From Isurus oxyrinchus (Eukaryota), in the NCBI GenBank assembly GCA_026770705.1, contig JANJGN010000036.1, positions 3,968,001 to 4,032,000 of the forward strand: a stretch of 64,000 bases of DNA, written 5' to 3'. A program made the position numbers and the translations under genes. The notes under the pieces were generated by a model that was given only the letters and a program-made list of their open reading frames with translations, had not been told where the DNA came from and searched no databases. Shown in pieces: positions 1 through 13,094 of the stretch. The number at the start of each line of letters is the position of its first letter. Position 1 is the stretch's first letter.

Positions 1-1747
1 CATTAAGGACCAAGGGGGAACCTATGGGTGGAGTGAAAGGACACAGGTAGAGTGTTTAATGAATATTTCACATTCATCTTCACCCAGTAGAATCCGGATG
101 AAAGTATTCAACTTGGGGAGAGAGACTGCGAGGTCATTCAACAAATTGATATAGGGAATGATAAGGTATTGGAGGTGTTGACAGGCTTGCAAATGGACAA
201 ACCTCCGTCTCCGGATGATTTGTGTCCCAGGCTGCTCAGGGAGGCAAGGGAGGAGATCGCTAGGACTTTCACCCAAATTTTTAATTACTTTCAGGCCATA
301 GGGGAGGTGCCAGAGGACTGGAGAACAGTTAATGTAGTTCTGTTATTTTAGGAGGGTTGTAGAGATAAGCTGTTGAACTATTGACCAGTGCGTCTCACGT
401 CAGTGGTAGGGAAACTATTAGAGAAAGTTCTGAAGGAGAGAATCCATCTCCACTTGGAGAGGCAAGGTTTGATCAGCGATTGCCAGCACTGCTTTGTCAG
501 AGGGAGGTCATGCTGAATAAATTTCATTGAATTTTTTGAGGACGTGACCAGATGTGTAGATGAGGGTCGTGCAGTTCATCTCGTTTACATGGATTTCAGC
601 AAAGCCTTTGGCAAGATCCCACATGGGAGACTTACAAAGGCGGCAAATGCACATAGCATATAGGGTGATTTTATAAGGTAGACGCAAATTGCCTTAGTTG
701 GAGGAGGCAGAGCGTGATGTCAGAAGGATGCTTTAGTGACTGGAAACCAGTGTGCAGTGGAATACCACAGGGATCTGTGCTGTGTCCCCTATTATTAGTC
801 ATTTATATAAATGACATAGATGACTGTGGCGGCTAGGATTAGTAAGTCTGTGGATGACACAAAAGATTGGCCGGTTTGTGAACAGTGAGGGCGAGTGTCT
901 TGGGCAACAGTAAGCTGTAGACGGGATGGCCAAATGGGCAGATAAGTGGCAGATGGGATATACCCCTGAAAAGTGTGAGGCGATGTGCGTTGGAAGGATT
1001 AATTTGGCGAGGAAGTATTCAACGAATGCCATGACACTAGGAAGCTCTGAGGAACAATGGCACCTTCGGGTGTGTGTCCATAGACCTCTGAAGGTGGAGG
1101 AGCATGTTAATGGGGTGGTGAAAAAGGCACATGGGATAATTGTCTTTATCAAACGAGGCATTGATTACAAAAGTATTGAGGTCATGTTGGAGAACATTAG
1201 TGAGGCCATAGCTGGAGCATTGTGTGCAGTTCTGGTCGCTACATTATAGGAAGGATGTGATTGCAATGGAGTAGGTGCAGGGAAAATACACCAGGCTGTT
1301 GCCTGGGATGAAACAGTTAAGTTATGAAGAAAGGTTGGATAGACTTGGGTTGTTTTCGTTGGAGCAAAGAAGACTGAAGGGCAAACTCATCAAGGTGTAT
1401 AACGTTATGAGGGGCGTGGAAAGGGTGCGGAAAGGGTGCAGCTGCTCCCCTGAGTTGAAGGGTCTGTCACAAGGAGACTCACGGTGAGGGGAAAGAGGTG
1501 TAGGGGGGATGTGAGGGAAAGTTATTTTACCCAGAGAGTGGTGACCGTCTGGAATGCGCTGCCTGGAGGGTGGAGGAGGCGGGTTGCCTCACATCCTTTG
1601 AAAAGTACCTGGATGAGCACTTGGCACGTCATAACATTCAAGGCTCTGGGTCAAGTGCCTGTAAATGGGATTAGGTAGGTAGGTCAGGTGTTTTTCATGT
1701 GTCGGTGCAGACTCGATGGGCCGAACGGCCTCTTCTGCATTCTGTGA
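1..1747 (+). mobile_element. CR1-clade LINE, degenerate ORF2 (reverse transcriptase) 3' part and 3' tail
   Basis: Broken ORFs with CR1 motifs: PEDWRTVNVV, KWADKWQM..KCEAM, SYEERLDRLGLFSLEQRRL, FTQRVVTVWNALP; shark CR1 3' end GCAGACTCGATGGGCCGAA at ~1707-1725. Confidence 0.93.
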
Positions 1748-1749
1748 CG

Positions 1750-1999
1750 TTGCTAACCCGAGTCATTCACACGGATTTCTCGAATTTCCATAATCAATTC
1801 ATGTTTGCTGTTGCCTTTTTGGAAAAATCCTACAATCGGCCCACTGACAGGGAGGAATATCAGTTAGTATCGGATCTTCACCCAAACGTTGTTCGAACCA
1901 GAAATGAGTAACGGCAGTGAGAGGGTAGTTCCACAGTACCTCCGACTTCGTCTGTCATTATGAAGGGGCTCTGAGACAGAGAGGGCTCGAATTCTACAA
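1750..1999 (-). pseudogene. psiB1: truncated V exon of B-type V(J)-C1 receptor
   Basis: Reverse strand reads ag|VEFEPSLSQSPFIMTDEVGGTVEL..FWFEQRLGEDP..PCQWADC..MEIREIRVNDSG*, homologous to the B3 V exon (53908-53576). Frameshifts and a stop; ends at the CR1; leader deleted. Confidence 0.85.
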
Positions 2000-3401
2000 C
2001 TAGAGAGATTATTGTTACATTACCACTGACTGTTGAGAGTAAGTGCGTTTATAGCATTTCAATGCAAAATTCACAGCACAGTTATGATTTTGAAATAGCT
2101 GTTAAGCTTCTTTGAGGTGACAGTTCGCAATTATATAGAATTTACAGTCAAAAAACAGGCCATTCGACCCGAATGCTCGTACTTGTTTATGTTCTGCACG
2201 AGCCTCCTCCCACCCCCCTCTTCGTCTCAGCCCAACAGTATAGCCTTTCATTCCTTTCTCTCGCAAATGTTCATCCACCTTCCCACTTAAATGCATCTCT
2301 GCAATATCCTCATCCATACCCTGTGGGAGCGGGTTCCACACTCTCCCCGAAGCCTGGGTAAAGAAACTGCTCCTGAATCCCAGACTGGATTTATCCAATG
2401 TTAATGACCCCACGTCACGTCCCCTGTCACAGAGGATCATAGAAACACAGGGCTAGGCCATTTGGCCCTTCGAGCCTGCTCCACCATTCAATAAGATCGT
2501 GGTCGGTCTGGTTTGGTCTCAACTTTACTTTCTTCTCTGCTACCCATAGGCCTTGGCTCCCTTGCCGAACAAACATCTGTCTAAAACGGCCTTGAATAAA
2601 TTCAGAGACTCAGCAACCATTACTTTCTGTGGAAGAGATTTCCACACACCAATGACCCTTTGGGTGAAAAAAAACTCTCCTCAACTCTGTCTTAAAACGG
2701 AGACCTCTATTTTTGACCCTTGCACCTAGTTTTGGACACACGAGGAATCATCCTCCGTGTATCCGCCCTATCAGGATCCCTCAGGAACTTATATGTTTAA
2801 AAAAGATCACCTCATTCCTCAGTGGGAATTACTGAATTCTCTGGGATTCCCGATTGGATTTATTGATGGCCAATATTGTTGAAATCCTGCCGAAGTAGAG
2901 TTACCTTCATTAAGTCTGCCGAACTAAACCATTTTATAACTTTTAAGACCTCGATCCGGTCACCCCTCAATCTTCCCCTTTTCCAGAGCAAAGATCCCTA
3001 GCTCGTTCATTCTTTCTTGATAGCTAAAAGCTCTCAGTTCTGATATCATCCTTGTGAAATATTAACTGCACCATTTCCAGTATCTTTGCATCCTTTCTAG
3101 AAAATGAAGAACAGTATTCTGTACTCGAACGTGGTCTAACTAATGTAAGTACATACTTTGTATATTTTGCAAAACAGATGACGAGTACGTGACAGCATTT
3201 TCACCTGCAATAAACAGGAAAACCGTAGAGAGCTGTCTACCGCGGCACCATTTTCCAACCCTGATCGTGTATCTATGAATGAACACAGAACGCCATTCAG
3301 TCTGCATATTTCACACTTCCTTCATACTGAGAGAACGAGAACGTGTTCTCAGTGAGATTAGGGTCGGAGGCTCAGACTCTGACAGTCTGAAGTCAGGGAC
3401 A

Positions 3402-6400
3402 ATGAGCTTCCTCTCTGTGTGTGCTTTGTCCCATCTTTTCCAGGGTAAGATATCTTTTCAGATAGAGTAGAGAAGGGTTGGGACAGAGTAAATAAGGAGA
3501 AACAGTTTCCACTGGCAGGAGGCCCGGCAATCAGAGTGGCACAGGTTGAAGACAATTGGCAAAAAAACAGAGGGGATGGGGGGCGGACGAGAAGCTTTTT
3601 CTTGATTAAGCGAGTTGTTGTGACTTGGAAGGCTCTGCCTGAAAAGTCGGTAGAAGCAGATTCAAAAGGAACTTTCAAAATGGAAACTGAGTAACTACTT
3701 GAAAGGGAAACATTTGCAGGCATATGCGGGAAGGAGCGGGGGACAGAATAGGGGGTAACTGAAAACACTTCTCAAAGAGTCAGCATTCTAAAGGGCCTAA
3801 AAGCCTCCGCCTGTGCTGCGCGGGTCGAAAAGATGCAATTCAGTTCTCAAGTTCGATATATAAATAGAGCGAATATAGTCAACAACGTGGAAACTGTGAA
3901 TCCGTCGGGAACAATGATTGGAATTAATCCACAATGTAACCTCTCCATGGGATAAAAGATGTGAATTGGCTCCATCGACATTACTGGCGACTGAGAAGAG
4001 GGCAGAGTTTCAAGTGGATCATTAGAGTGAGTTATAATCTCTGGAACAAAACAAAATACCCAAAGTGAGCGGAGAAGAACAGGAAACGAAGTGCGGACGG
4101 GAGAAAAAAATGTAACACTTCAAAAATGTAGATTTGAAGCAACACTTTTACGTTTTTAACAGCACACCGTTCCGATTTGTGTATCCGAGTGATTATCCCA
4201 GGTTTACTGCTGAATTGGCTCGGACTGTGCCCTTGGAAGGACAGGAATAGAACGGCGCAAACAACCGATTGCGCGCGATTTTTCGATATAAACCATATAT
4301 TGTTTTTATCATTGTGCCTCATCCCGATCGGGGTGCACTCGCCGGAGGCAGGCTTCTGAAGAGAGGATGTGCGGGTGTGGGGTGGCGGGTGGCACCATAA
4401 CCTGGGGTGACTCTTGTTTATTTCCTTCTTGCTCAGCTATTGTGTCCCAGTACGTCTTGTCCCAGTCTCTGCAGGTTCAGACACTCCTTGTGAGGGGTTG
4501 CGCTAAACTGAGCTGCCACACGGAGACCTCTGAAACTGGGGTCATCTTTTGGTACAGACAGCGGAATCGAAATGACATGGAGCCGGTTTACATAGCGCAT
4601 AAGCACCTCGAAGCAGAGGGGAGGTTTTCAAGCGGGATTTCTGAAAAACAGGGTAATTATTCACTGATCATTGCGGATACCCGGAGAAATTATTTTGAGA
4701 TGTATTACTGTGCAATCGACTGTTACCAGAACCAGACTTTAGTATTCGGAAATGGCATCCAGTTAGTGATTACAGGTAAATTTCATCATTATTCCACCGA
4801 ATTGAGCATTTCTACAGCAATTAAAGATGTCTACATTGAAATCTTAATGGGTTGTCTGCTCCATTTGTCACATTTAGAGGGCTCCCCGAACATATTCCTC
4901 CTCATCACACAGGAGGATGAGATTCCCACCGTGGAAAGGGTCCCGTTGTTGTCTTTGATCAGAGGCTTGTCTCCCGATTCCTTCCCCATCCGCTGGAATG
5001 TTTCCGGGAGGGTTACCGAAGGACAGGCCGATTCCGGGACAATTGAGTCGGACGGGACCTACACCATCAGGATTTACACCAGCATCTCGGTGGAAACTTG
5101 GAGCAGCGGCGCTCTCTGTACTTGCGCCGTTCAAATCAACTCCAGTGAAAATCTTCTCAGTGCCTGTGTCTCATCTCAGAGAGGTAGCTAATTAACAGTG
5201 ACCGTTTACCAATCTATTTAATGCTGATGGGAGGCTTTGTCAACTTTGTAAATTGGAATTTTACATCTTTCCGTGTGTGTCCATGTACCATGAATTTATC
5301 AACGGCCTATCATAGATCTCTCCATCTTTCAGTGTTCAGCTTTCTAAAAGTCTAACTCCATCTGTTCTGTTCAACCCAGAGGGCTATGGATTCTCAGTCA
5401 CTGAGGTAAATTGTTGTGCATTAAGGGAATAAGGGATGTGGACAGGTTAGGAAATTGCATTTAATGTAGAAGATTAACCGTGGTCTTATTGAATGGCAAA
5501 TCTCTTTGGGGGGCCGTATGGTCTCCTGCTGCTATTTCTTGTTTTCCTGTGTCTGTCTAAGCATATTGACAAGGTTCCATGCCACTGGATCATTTGTCAG
5601 TGAGTAAAATTGAAAGGTGTGTTTACATTCCCAGTCTACCGCTTTGTCCGACCATGCCTGTGTAAAATTATCTATTCATGTCTCTATCTGCTGAACATTC
5701 ACAATATGACTGTCTGTCTTAGTTCAACGGTGAGGTATAAGATACCTTCTCTTTCTGTGTGTATATCTGTTTATCTGTCTATTCATTTCCCTTGCTCTGT
5801 ATCAATCAATCCATTCCTGTCCTAGTGCAGTTTAAGATAACTGATACATTTGTCTGTCTGACAATCTCTCTCTCTCCCTCTCTGTCTGAAACCCTTTCTC
5901 TACAACTCCCCCTCTTTCTGTCTCTCCCGGTCCCTCTTTCTGTTTATCTATGCACTTACTGCCTGTCTTATCTATTAGTCTTCATCTATTCTTACATATA
6001 TTGATCTCTCCATCTATCTCACTCAACCTCTCTTTATTTGCCTATTTCTATCATGGTTAAAAGCTGCGTTATAAGAAAACTGGGACATTCATCTATCATC
6101 CTATATCTCGGTCTGTCTCCATCTCTCCCTTTCTCTCCCTTTCTCTCTTCCTCTCTCTGTCTCTATCGCACTCTCTCTATCCTTTTCCATCCAGTTAAAC
6201 ACTTCTGTATAGTTATATGTTCTATCTATCACACTCTCTTCATCTCCTTATCTTTATCTGTCTAAATATCTCTCCATGTATCTCTCCAAACCTCTCTCCA
6301 TCAATCTCTTTGCTCCACTTGTCCCACCCTCTTAATCTCCCGCTCTCGCTCGCCCCCTTTCTCCCCATCTCGCCCTCTCCCCCTCTCCACCTCTCCCTTC

Positions 6401-8498
6401 CTCCCTCTCTCCCTTACCTCCAATTTAGTCCTCTCTCCTCCACTCTATACATCTCTCCCCCGCTCTTTGTTTCTCTCTCCCCATCGCTCGCTTTCCCCCT
6501 CGTTCCCTAACTCTCCATCTCTCAAACTCTCCCACACTCCCCTATCCCCATCTCTCCCCCTCTTCCTCTATCTCCCCATCTCTCCCTCTCTCTCGCTCCC
6601 TCTCCCCGTATCTCCCTTTCCTCCTCTCTCCCCAACACTCCCTCTCTCCACCATTTCTCCTTCTCCCCTCATCCACCCTTTATCCCTCTGTCTCCCCTAT
6701 CTCTCCGTCTCACCGCATCTCTCTTCTCTCCCTCTCTACCCCTTTCTCCCCTGTTTCCGAACCCTCCCCTCTCACCTCTCTCCCGCTCTTCAACTATTTC
6801 CCCCTGTATTTCTATCCTAGTTAATCAGTTTTCTCTAAGTGATCTCTCTCGATCACTCTCTTTCCATCACTCCCTGGCCTAACATTTCTTTGCTATTAAA
6901 ATAGTGCCCTATCTGCCTCTCCCTGTCACCCTCCCTCCATCTCTTTTTTTGTTATCCACCTATGTTTGTCCCTTTTATATAATGTTCTATAAGACCGCCG
7001 CTGTCTCCCTCTCTCACTTTCTTTCTCTCTCTATTTCAGTCTCTATAAACAGTGTTCTATCTACCTCTCTATCACTCTGTCTCTCAGTGTCCTATTCTAA
7101 CAGCGTTCTTAAAGATGTCTGTACCAACACTCTCGTTATCATTCTTCCTATCTCTCTCATTCTCACTCTACCTCTCTCTATATATTTCTGTCCTGTTTCA
7201 ACATTGTTATAAAAGACCCCTGCTCAATTTGCAAATAATGAAATACGCAAAAATCTATTTCCGTCTCCAAGTGAAATCATACATTCAGATTTTCCCCACT
7301 TATTTAATTAATTCCTCAAACTTTCTTTTAAATGAAAGGAATTAATTTTTCGCAGATCCTACGCTCCCTACCGCCTGCAGTTTGCCGCTTTCCGGGAGTT
7401 TAATGGATGCAACGCTTCTCTTTCTAGGAATGATCCTTTTGGCCGGGAGAAGAAGCTGTATGAACCGGCAGACAGGTAGCGACTGTTGGGAGACGCGGTG
7501 ACTCTGCGGCGCTCTCAATCCATCCATTTATCAATGGGTTATTGACACTTTCAGCCGGTTCAGTTTGAAATGTAGCAATTTATGCTCAGTTCAAATTTTA
7601 CTTTCTAACAGGCAGCTTGAACATTGCTGAGCAACTGACAGATTCCGGAGAACAACGAGAGAACAAAGAGGTAAAAGATAGAATTGTTGTTGTCACTGCA
7701 CGTGGATGCTTTTCACTGAAATGTAATCTAAGGTTTTAAAGACACAGTTATTGCGATTAATCTAGAAACCTTTGCGTCGTGGGCACTACACTACTACGTG
7801 GGCAGAAACTAGTCTTCAATTCCTCCTGTGGGGAAGGTTAAGGGGTGATCGAATCGATGGATTTAAGGTTATAAAATGATACGAGCGTGTCTTTAGGGAT
7901 AAACTCTTTGCTCTAATGTGTGGGGGTGGTGTGCCGGATGAGTACTGGTGGTTGGGGGGCTGGAGTCCAGAACAAGAGGGGAGACCCTTAAAATTAGTGC
8001 AAAAACAAAACTAGCTGGAAATTCTCAGCAGCTCAGATGAAGAGTCATAGGGACTCGAAACGTTAACTCTGTCTTCCTCTCCACAGATGCTGTCAAGCCT
8101 GCTGAGTTTTTACAGCTATTTGTGTTGTTTCTGATTTCCAGCATCCGCAATAAGTCGTTCAGGGGTAATGCCAGGAAGAACTTAGTCATAGAAAGGCAAG
8201 TGGAAATCTCGAGATCTCTCCCCGCAAAAGCTGCTGAGGCTGCGGAATCAGTTGGAAACATCAAAACTAAGATTGGTAGATTTTTGTTGGGTAAGGGGAT
8301 TAAGGATTATGGAACCAAAGTGCGTAGATGGAAGTTATAAAGATCCGCCATGATCTAATTGAATATACTGCAGGGTCCGAATGGCTTTCTCCTATCCCTA
8401 CGATGATGGTGTTTGTTATCTAAATAAATTCGTTTTTTATTGTTTCTCCACAGACACTTAATGCCCAATTGTCCATTAAGGAGGATCCCACACTCTGA
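3402..8498 (+). CDS. A1: germline V(J)-C1-TM Ig-superfamily receptor, 303 aa, no cytoplasmic Tyr
   Basis: Exons 3402-3444 (leader MSFLSVCALSHLFQ), 4437-4775 (V: C..WYRQ..YYC..FGNGIQLVIT), 4878-5183 (C1), 7356-7475 (DPTLPTACSLPLSGSLMDATLLFLGMILLAGRR), 7612-7670, 8454-8498 (TLNAQLSIKEDPTL*). All GT-AG, phases 1,1,1,1,0; every exon the same length as in A2; 912 nt open. Confidence 0.85.
5860..7200. repeat. CT-rich polypyrimidine low-complexity tract in A1 C1-TM intron
   Basis: ~1.3 kb of degenerate (CT)n/(CCCT)n. Confidence 0.9.
8000..8150. mobile_element. Penelope-derived short repeat with degenerate hammerhead core
   Basis: CTGGAAATTCTCAGCAG...GATGAAGAGTCATAGGGACTCGAAACGTTAAC...CTGCTGAGTTTTT; same family as 8724, 18243, 35870 and 55005. 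Confidence 0.6.
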
Positions 8499-8723
8499 TT
8501 GGAGAGGAAAGAGCTCACTGTCTGCTTCCCGAACATGACGTGTTGTAGAAAGTTTCCTCTTGGGTGGGAAAGTCCGAAAATCCAACCGATGCAAATTCAG
8601 GCGCATTCTCGGCGCAATTTTGGGATGTCGCCGAAAGCGTAAACTGAATAATCACTTAAAGCCCGCTATTCTAACGATGAAATATCGCCCGCAGTTCCAC
8701 GCTAGCAACTCCAGGTTTCTGTT

Positions 8724-8827
8724 GAAGCTGTTCTGTTGAAGGGTCATGAGGACTGGAAACGTCAACTTTGCTCTTCTCCGCCGATGCTGCGAGACCTGCT
8801 GAGTCGTTCCAGGTATTTATGTTTTTG
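8724..8827. mobile_element. Penelope-derived short insertion with 14-bp target-site duplication
   Basis: TCCAGGTTTCTGTT at 8710-8723 and 8828-8841; the paralogous site behind A2 (~27491) is empty. Confidence 0.75.
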
Positions 8828-11800
8828 TCCAGGTTTCTGTTACCTGCTTTGTTATGGCATTTTGCATCTTTATTCAGTATGTCAGCAAGAAATTATTTGA
8901 ACAGGCTTTACAATGTAAAGCCACAATGAAATTGTCGCTGCGTTGATGTTCCTATCATTTTGGTGATTCCCTGATGATTAAACCCCTGCCTGTGCAGTAG
9001 CTCCTGTTCGCCAGCGGAGGGCCTGATGTATCACTTTAATCAAAGGAGAGAGAAACATGTTTGCGAAGAGGATTTGGCCCTTTTTAATTTATTCATTCGC
9101 TCTGAGACAAAAGATCACACATTACCAGCACCCCTGCTGCTTCTCACATGATTTTAGGATTTTCACCCCCAATGCCAAATTACTTCCAGAACTGATTTTT
9201 ATATTTTTTGCCCTGGAATTATTTTTCTCTTTAGGTATTTATCTGAATTCCATTTGACAGACAATAATGATCGGCGCAAGCTTGGACGACAGAAGGGCCT
9301 GTTCCTCTGCTGTGCTGTACTTTGTTCTTTGTTCTATAATAGAGAAGCTCATTTCACAGTGATATGCGGAGACAGAGACTCACTGATAAAGGATGAGATT
9401 GTGCTGTACATGTTTCAGAGTTGACGCTAAGACAGGCGGGTTGTACAGCAGCAGATGTGAATGAATCTTTCCCTTTTGTCTGTAGTGCAATGGATATGCA
9501 CAAGATCTGGCAGGCAAGACCTTATAATTATATAGCATGTTTAACTGCAATAAAACGCCATAAGATGTTTCACCAGAGCCTTATGGAGCAGTACTTGGGA
9601 CAAAGAGATTAGTCTCAATGCTCAGTTTCTTCAAAGAGGCTGGTTTCACAGAGCGTCTTCAATGAGGAAAGACAAAAATGTAGTGGAGAAGGGAGTTTGA
9701 GGCAATGAATTCCACATTTCGGGCTTTGGGAGACTAAGGCACGGCAACAATGATCACAGAATCACAGAATCATTGTGTCTGCACTGGCTCAGTGAAAGGG
9801 CGTTTGGGCTGGATCCACTCCCCTGTCTTATCTCCGTAACCCTGCACTAAATCTCCTTTCTGGCAAAGGGGTATTAAATTTGGGGATCTTGAAAAAGACA
9901 GAATTAGAGGGACACTCATACTGGAGGATTGTGGAACTGGAAGAGATTACAGATTGGGGGAAGCCCTTTGGGGAAGCCATTTCCAAACTTCTATCATCCT
10001 TTTTGTTTCGAAGTGTTGCTTATTTTCACTGTTGTAAAGTTTTGGAGCAACTGTTAGATTTTAGCTTGTTCCCCTGGCCCTAGATTCCCCCAGCAGTAGA
10101 AATAGTGTCTTTCAATTTGCTCTATCAGTTTACATTATTATCTTGAAAACTTGGACCAACTCACAACTGCTTCTGAATTCCAGGAATAACGTGTGCATTG
10201 CGTGTAACGCTTTCAGGAGGACTCCAACTGGTCTCGAGCCTGTGTAAACGACTTTTCTGAAATTCTCAAACAATTATTTTTGTGTTGTTTTCAACATGGT
10301 GGCGTGAGTTTGTGGTTTACATGAAATACTCAGTGATAATTTAAATTCATTTTACTGCGGATCTGAGAGCGATTGGGAGCTGGGGGTGAAATTCCTGCTG
10401 TCTCTTTATGTCCGTCGAGCTTTCTCTCTCTCTATTAATTAACGACAGGGAAATGCAGCAATATGATGTCAATAAGTGGGTATTTTAAAACACATTCCAA
10501 TAAAGATTACACATAGACAAGGTGCAGAGAGGGAGATGAAGAGACACCGAGAGCGATACAGAGACGCAAAAGAGACACAAACAGATAGGGGTCAACGTGA
10601 ATAATGTTTTGCTGCCTTGTGTTTCTGGAAATCCTCACATAATACACATTTATCTCACCGTGACCGCATTCTCTGTAATTCGCTGATCGTGTTGTACAGT
10701 GTCTGCACCCTCTTCCATCCTCTGCAAGAGTGAACACAATTTGGAAATAACAGGTTGGAAAGAAAGAAGGGGCGGGGAGCAGGGGGAAGGGAGACAAAGA
10801 GAGCGAGAAACAGAGTCAATGAGAGCAAAACAGATAGGAGGCGTGTTGGAGGTTTGGGTGGTAGGAGAAATAGAAACAACTTTTAATGGAAAGAAATCTC
10901 CCGAGGGCTTGGAATTGATTTGCTAAATGTGAAGCTGGGTAAACACTTGTTAGAATCCCTGAATAGCGCCTATGTTGTTGACAGAGCAACGAATTGGGCT
11001 TTGAAATGTAATGTGCTTTGAGGAGGGTGAGTAATTTGAATTCATTTCATAATATTTTCTGAAAAGCCACACAAAAAGTCTTCCAAAAGGATCAGCGGAT
11101 AATCCCAGTTGGAAAGCGAGAGTTTAGTCCTTTCTGGGGTGGCAAGGGTAGGGCAGCGGGGAAGGGATGAATGACTGCATAATATCACATTGCTGCAGTG
11201 GGTTCTTGCTGTGTGCAAATTGCCCACAACCTTCCCTGCAATAAGACGACACTGCTCAAATCCAATTTATTGAGTTGCAATTTTGGATTCTCAGTATAAA
11301 ACATAGCTACAGTGTCATGTATCATCAGTTAAAGTGGTAAGTCACAAAATCACAGAATGTGCTTCAATCAAAATTCATCCCGAGTTAATGAAAAAAGAAC
11401 ACAGACATGGAAAGTTTTATCGAGAGCAGGAGGAAGAGAACGTTGAAAAGAGATGTAGGGCTAGACAGGTACAGAGAGAGAGGGGGGGAGAGGAACAGCA
11501 AGGCTGGAGATTGTGCAAGAAGTGGAAGATTCAATGTCTAACATTGAATATACAACAGCACCAATCCTGGATTGATCGGGTACAGTGGAGTGGGAGGTAG
11601 GGATTGGGGCGTATTGAATGGGCAAGGGACAGAGGGGAATCATCAGTGCTTGCCTATTTCACAATGAGGCAGAAGATACATCTCGAGGTGGCAAATTAAA
11701 CGCAGAGGGAGTGGTACAGACTCTGGGACTGCAGGTGGGAAAGGGTCTGGCGATAGGGTTCCAGTGTTTATGGATTGTCCAGCTTCTGGAGTAAGCCCCA

Positions 11801-12649
11801 CTCCACCTCCCCCACTCCCACTCCACCTCCATTCCAGGGTGTGTAATGTATTATTTTTTTAATTGAATACTGGGACAGTCATGTGGCATTGGCACTATCA
11901 TATCATTTGAAATCTATTCCCATTGTCTGCTTTCAATATTAGGGCATGTGTTTTACTATGGTGGCCCCTGAGAATGTGTATGTCAGTGAGTTAGAGGAGA
12001 CCTGGGATCTTGCTCTGTCTTTTCGTTTCCATGATATTTGCTTTCGTTTGATCAATTTCCATGTTCGCTCTCTCCCGAGCCGAATTTATTTGGAAGCTGC
12101 ATTTTCTGACGAGGCAAAGGGAGAATACTTTTGCGATCAGGAATCCTCAGACGCGAGCTGTAACAGGAGGAGGAAGTGCTGATAAATGTATATGTCACGT
12201 GGTCATCCATTTCTCTACACAGAGAAAATTCTTATCTTTAAGAAAGTTTGTGGGATGTTTACAATAAGGGCAGGGTCTGCGGGGTGGGGTGAACTCAGAG
12301 ATAAGAAATCTGAGACACGCTGCCGCCGAGGGAGCCCAAAGTAACTCCATAGATTTCAATCCCTCCATTTCTTCCTGCAACTCTACATCACCTTCACTTT
12401 CATAGCTGTTTCCCCACATCTTCAAATTTCTCCCTCTCTCCACATCATTAATCTCCCTCATTCTCTTAGAAAATTTAGACAATCTTTTTCTTAACCTCTT
12501 TGCATATTTGTCCTCTCTCTCTTTCTGAAACTTTTTTGGTGTCTCTCATCCCCACCCACTGCAAAGCCTTCACCACCGCCTCCCACGACGAAAGTTATTT
12601 GTCTCTCTATTTACCTCTCCCCGTATCATTTCGTATCGCTGCCTTTTTT

Positions 12650-12930
12650 AAAAATCATTCACGTGACGTGGGCGTCACTGGCTAATCTGGCATTTATTGC
12701 CCATCCCAGATTGCCCCTTGAGAAGGTGGTAGTGAACTGCCTTCTTGAACCGCTGCAGTCCCTGTGGTATCGGCACACCCACAGTGCAGTTAGAGAGGGA
12801 GTTCCAGGATTTTGAAGGAATATTTCCAAGTCAGGTTGGTGAGTGGTTTGGAGAGGTAATTGCAGTTGGTGGTGTTCCCACCAATCTGCTGCCCTTGTTT
12901 TTCTAGGTGGTAGTGGCCTTGTGTTTGGAA
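12650..12930 (-). mobile_element. LINE 3' fragment (..SWNSLP..FKKAAHHHLLKG family)
   Basis: Same repeat at ~14820-14890, 20700-20970, 42670-42800 (+) and 55815-56090; the last translates SKSWNSLPDSTVDVLTPQGLQFLKKAAHQHLLKG. Confidence 0.7.
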
Positions 12931-13094
12931 AGTATATTTAAAGCGAGGAGGTTATTTTTACTGAAGGTTTAAATGATGATTTTCGAACAGAGACAGACTG
13001 ATGATGTGAATTTCATTTTACACAGTAGCTCAGAGATAGGCTGACAGCGGTGGGGTTGGAGGGGAGGACAGAACGATTTATAATTGAGGGCCTA

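Noticed and set aside
4367-5191. 274-aa single-exon V-C ORF as the real gene
   Set aside because: It reads through a 102-nt GT-AG intron and has no signal peptide; the spliced six-exon model matches A2 exon for exon.
5759-7345. Leu/Ser/Pro-rich ORFs (also 24897-26465)
   Set aside because: Translation artefacts of CT low-complexity intron sequence.
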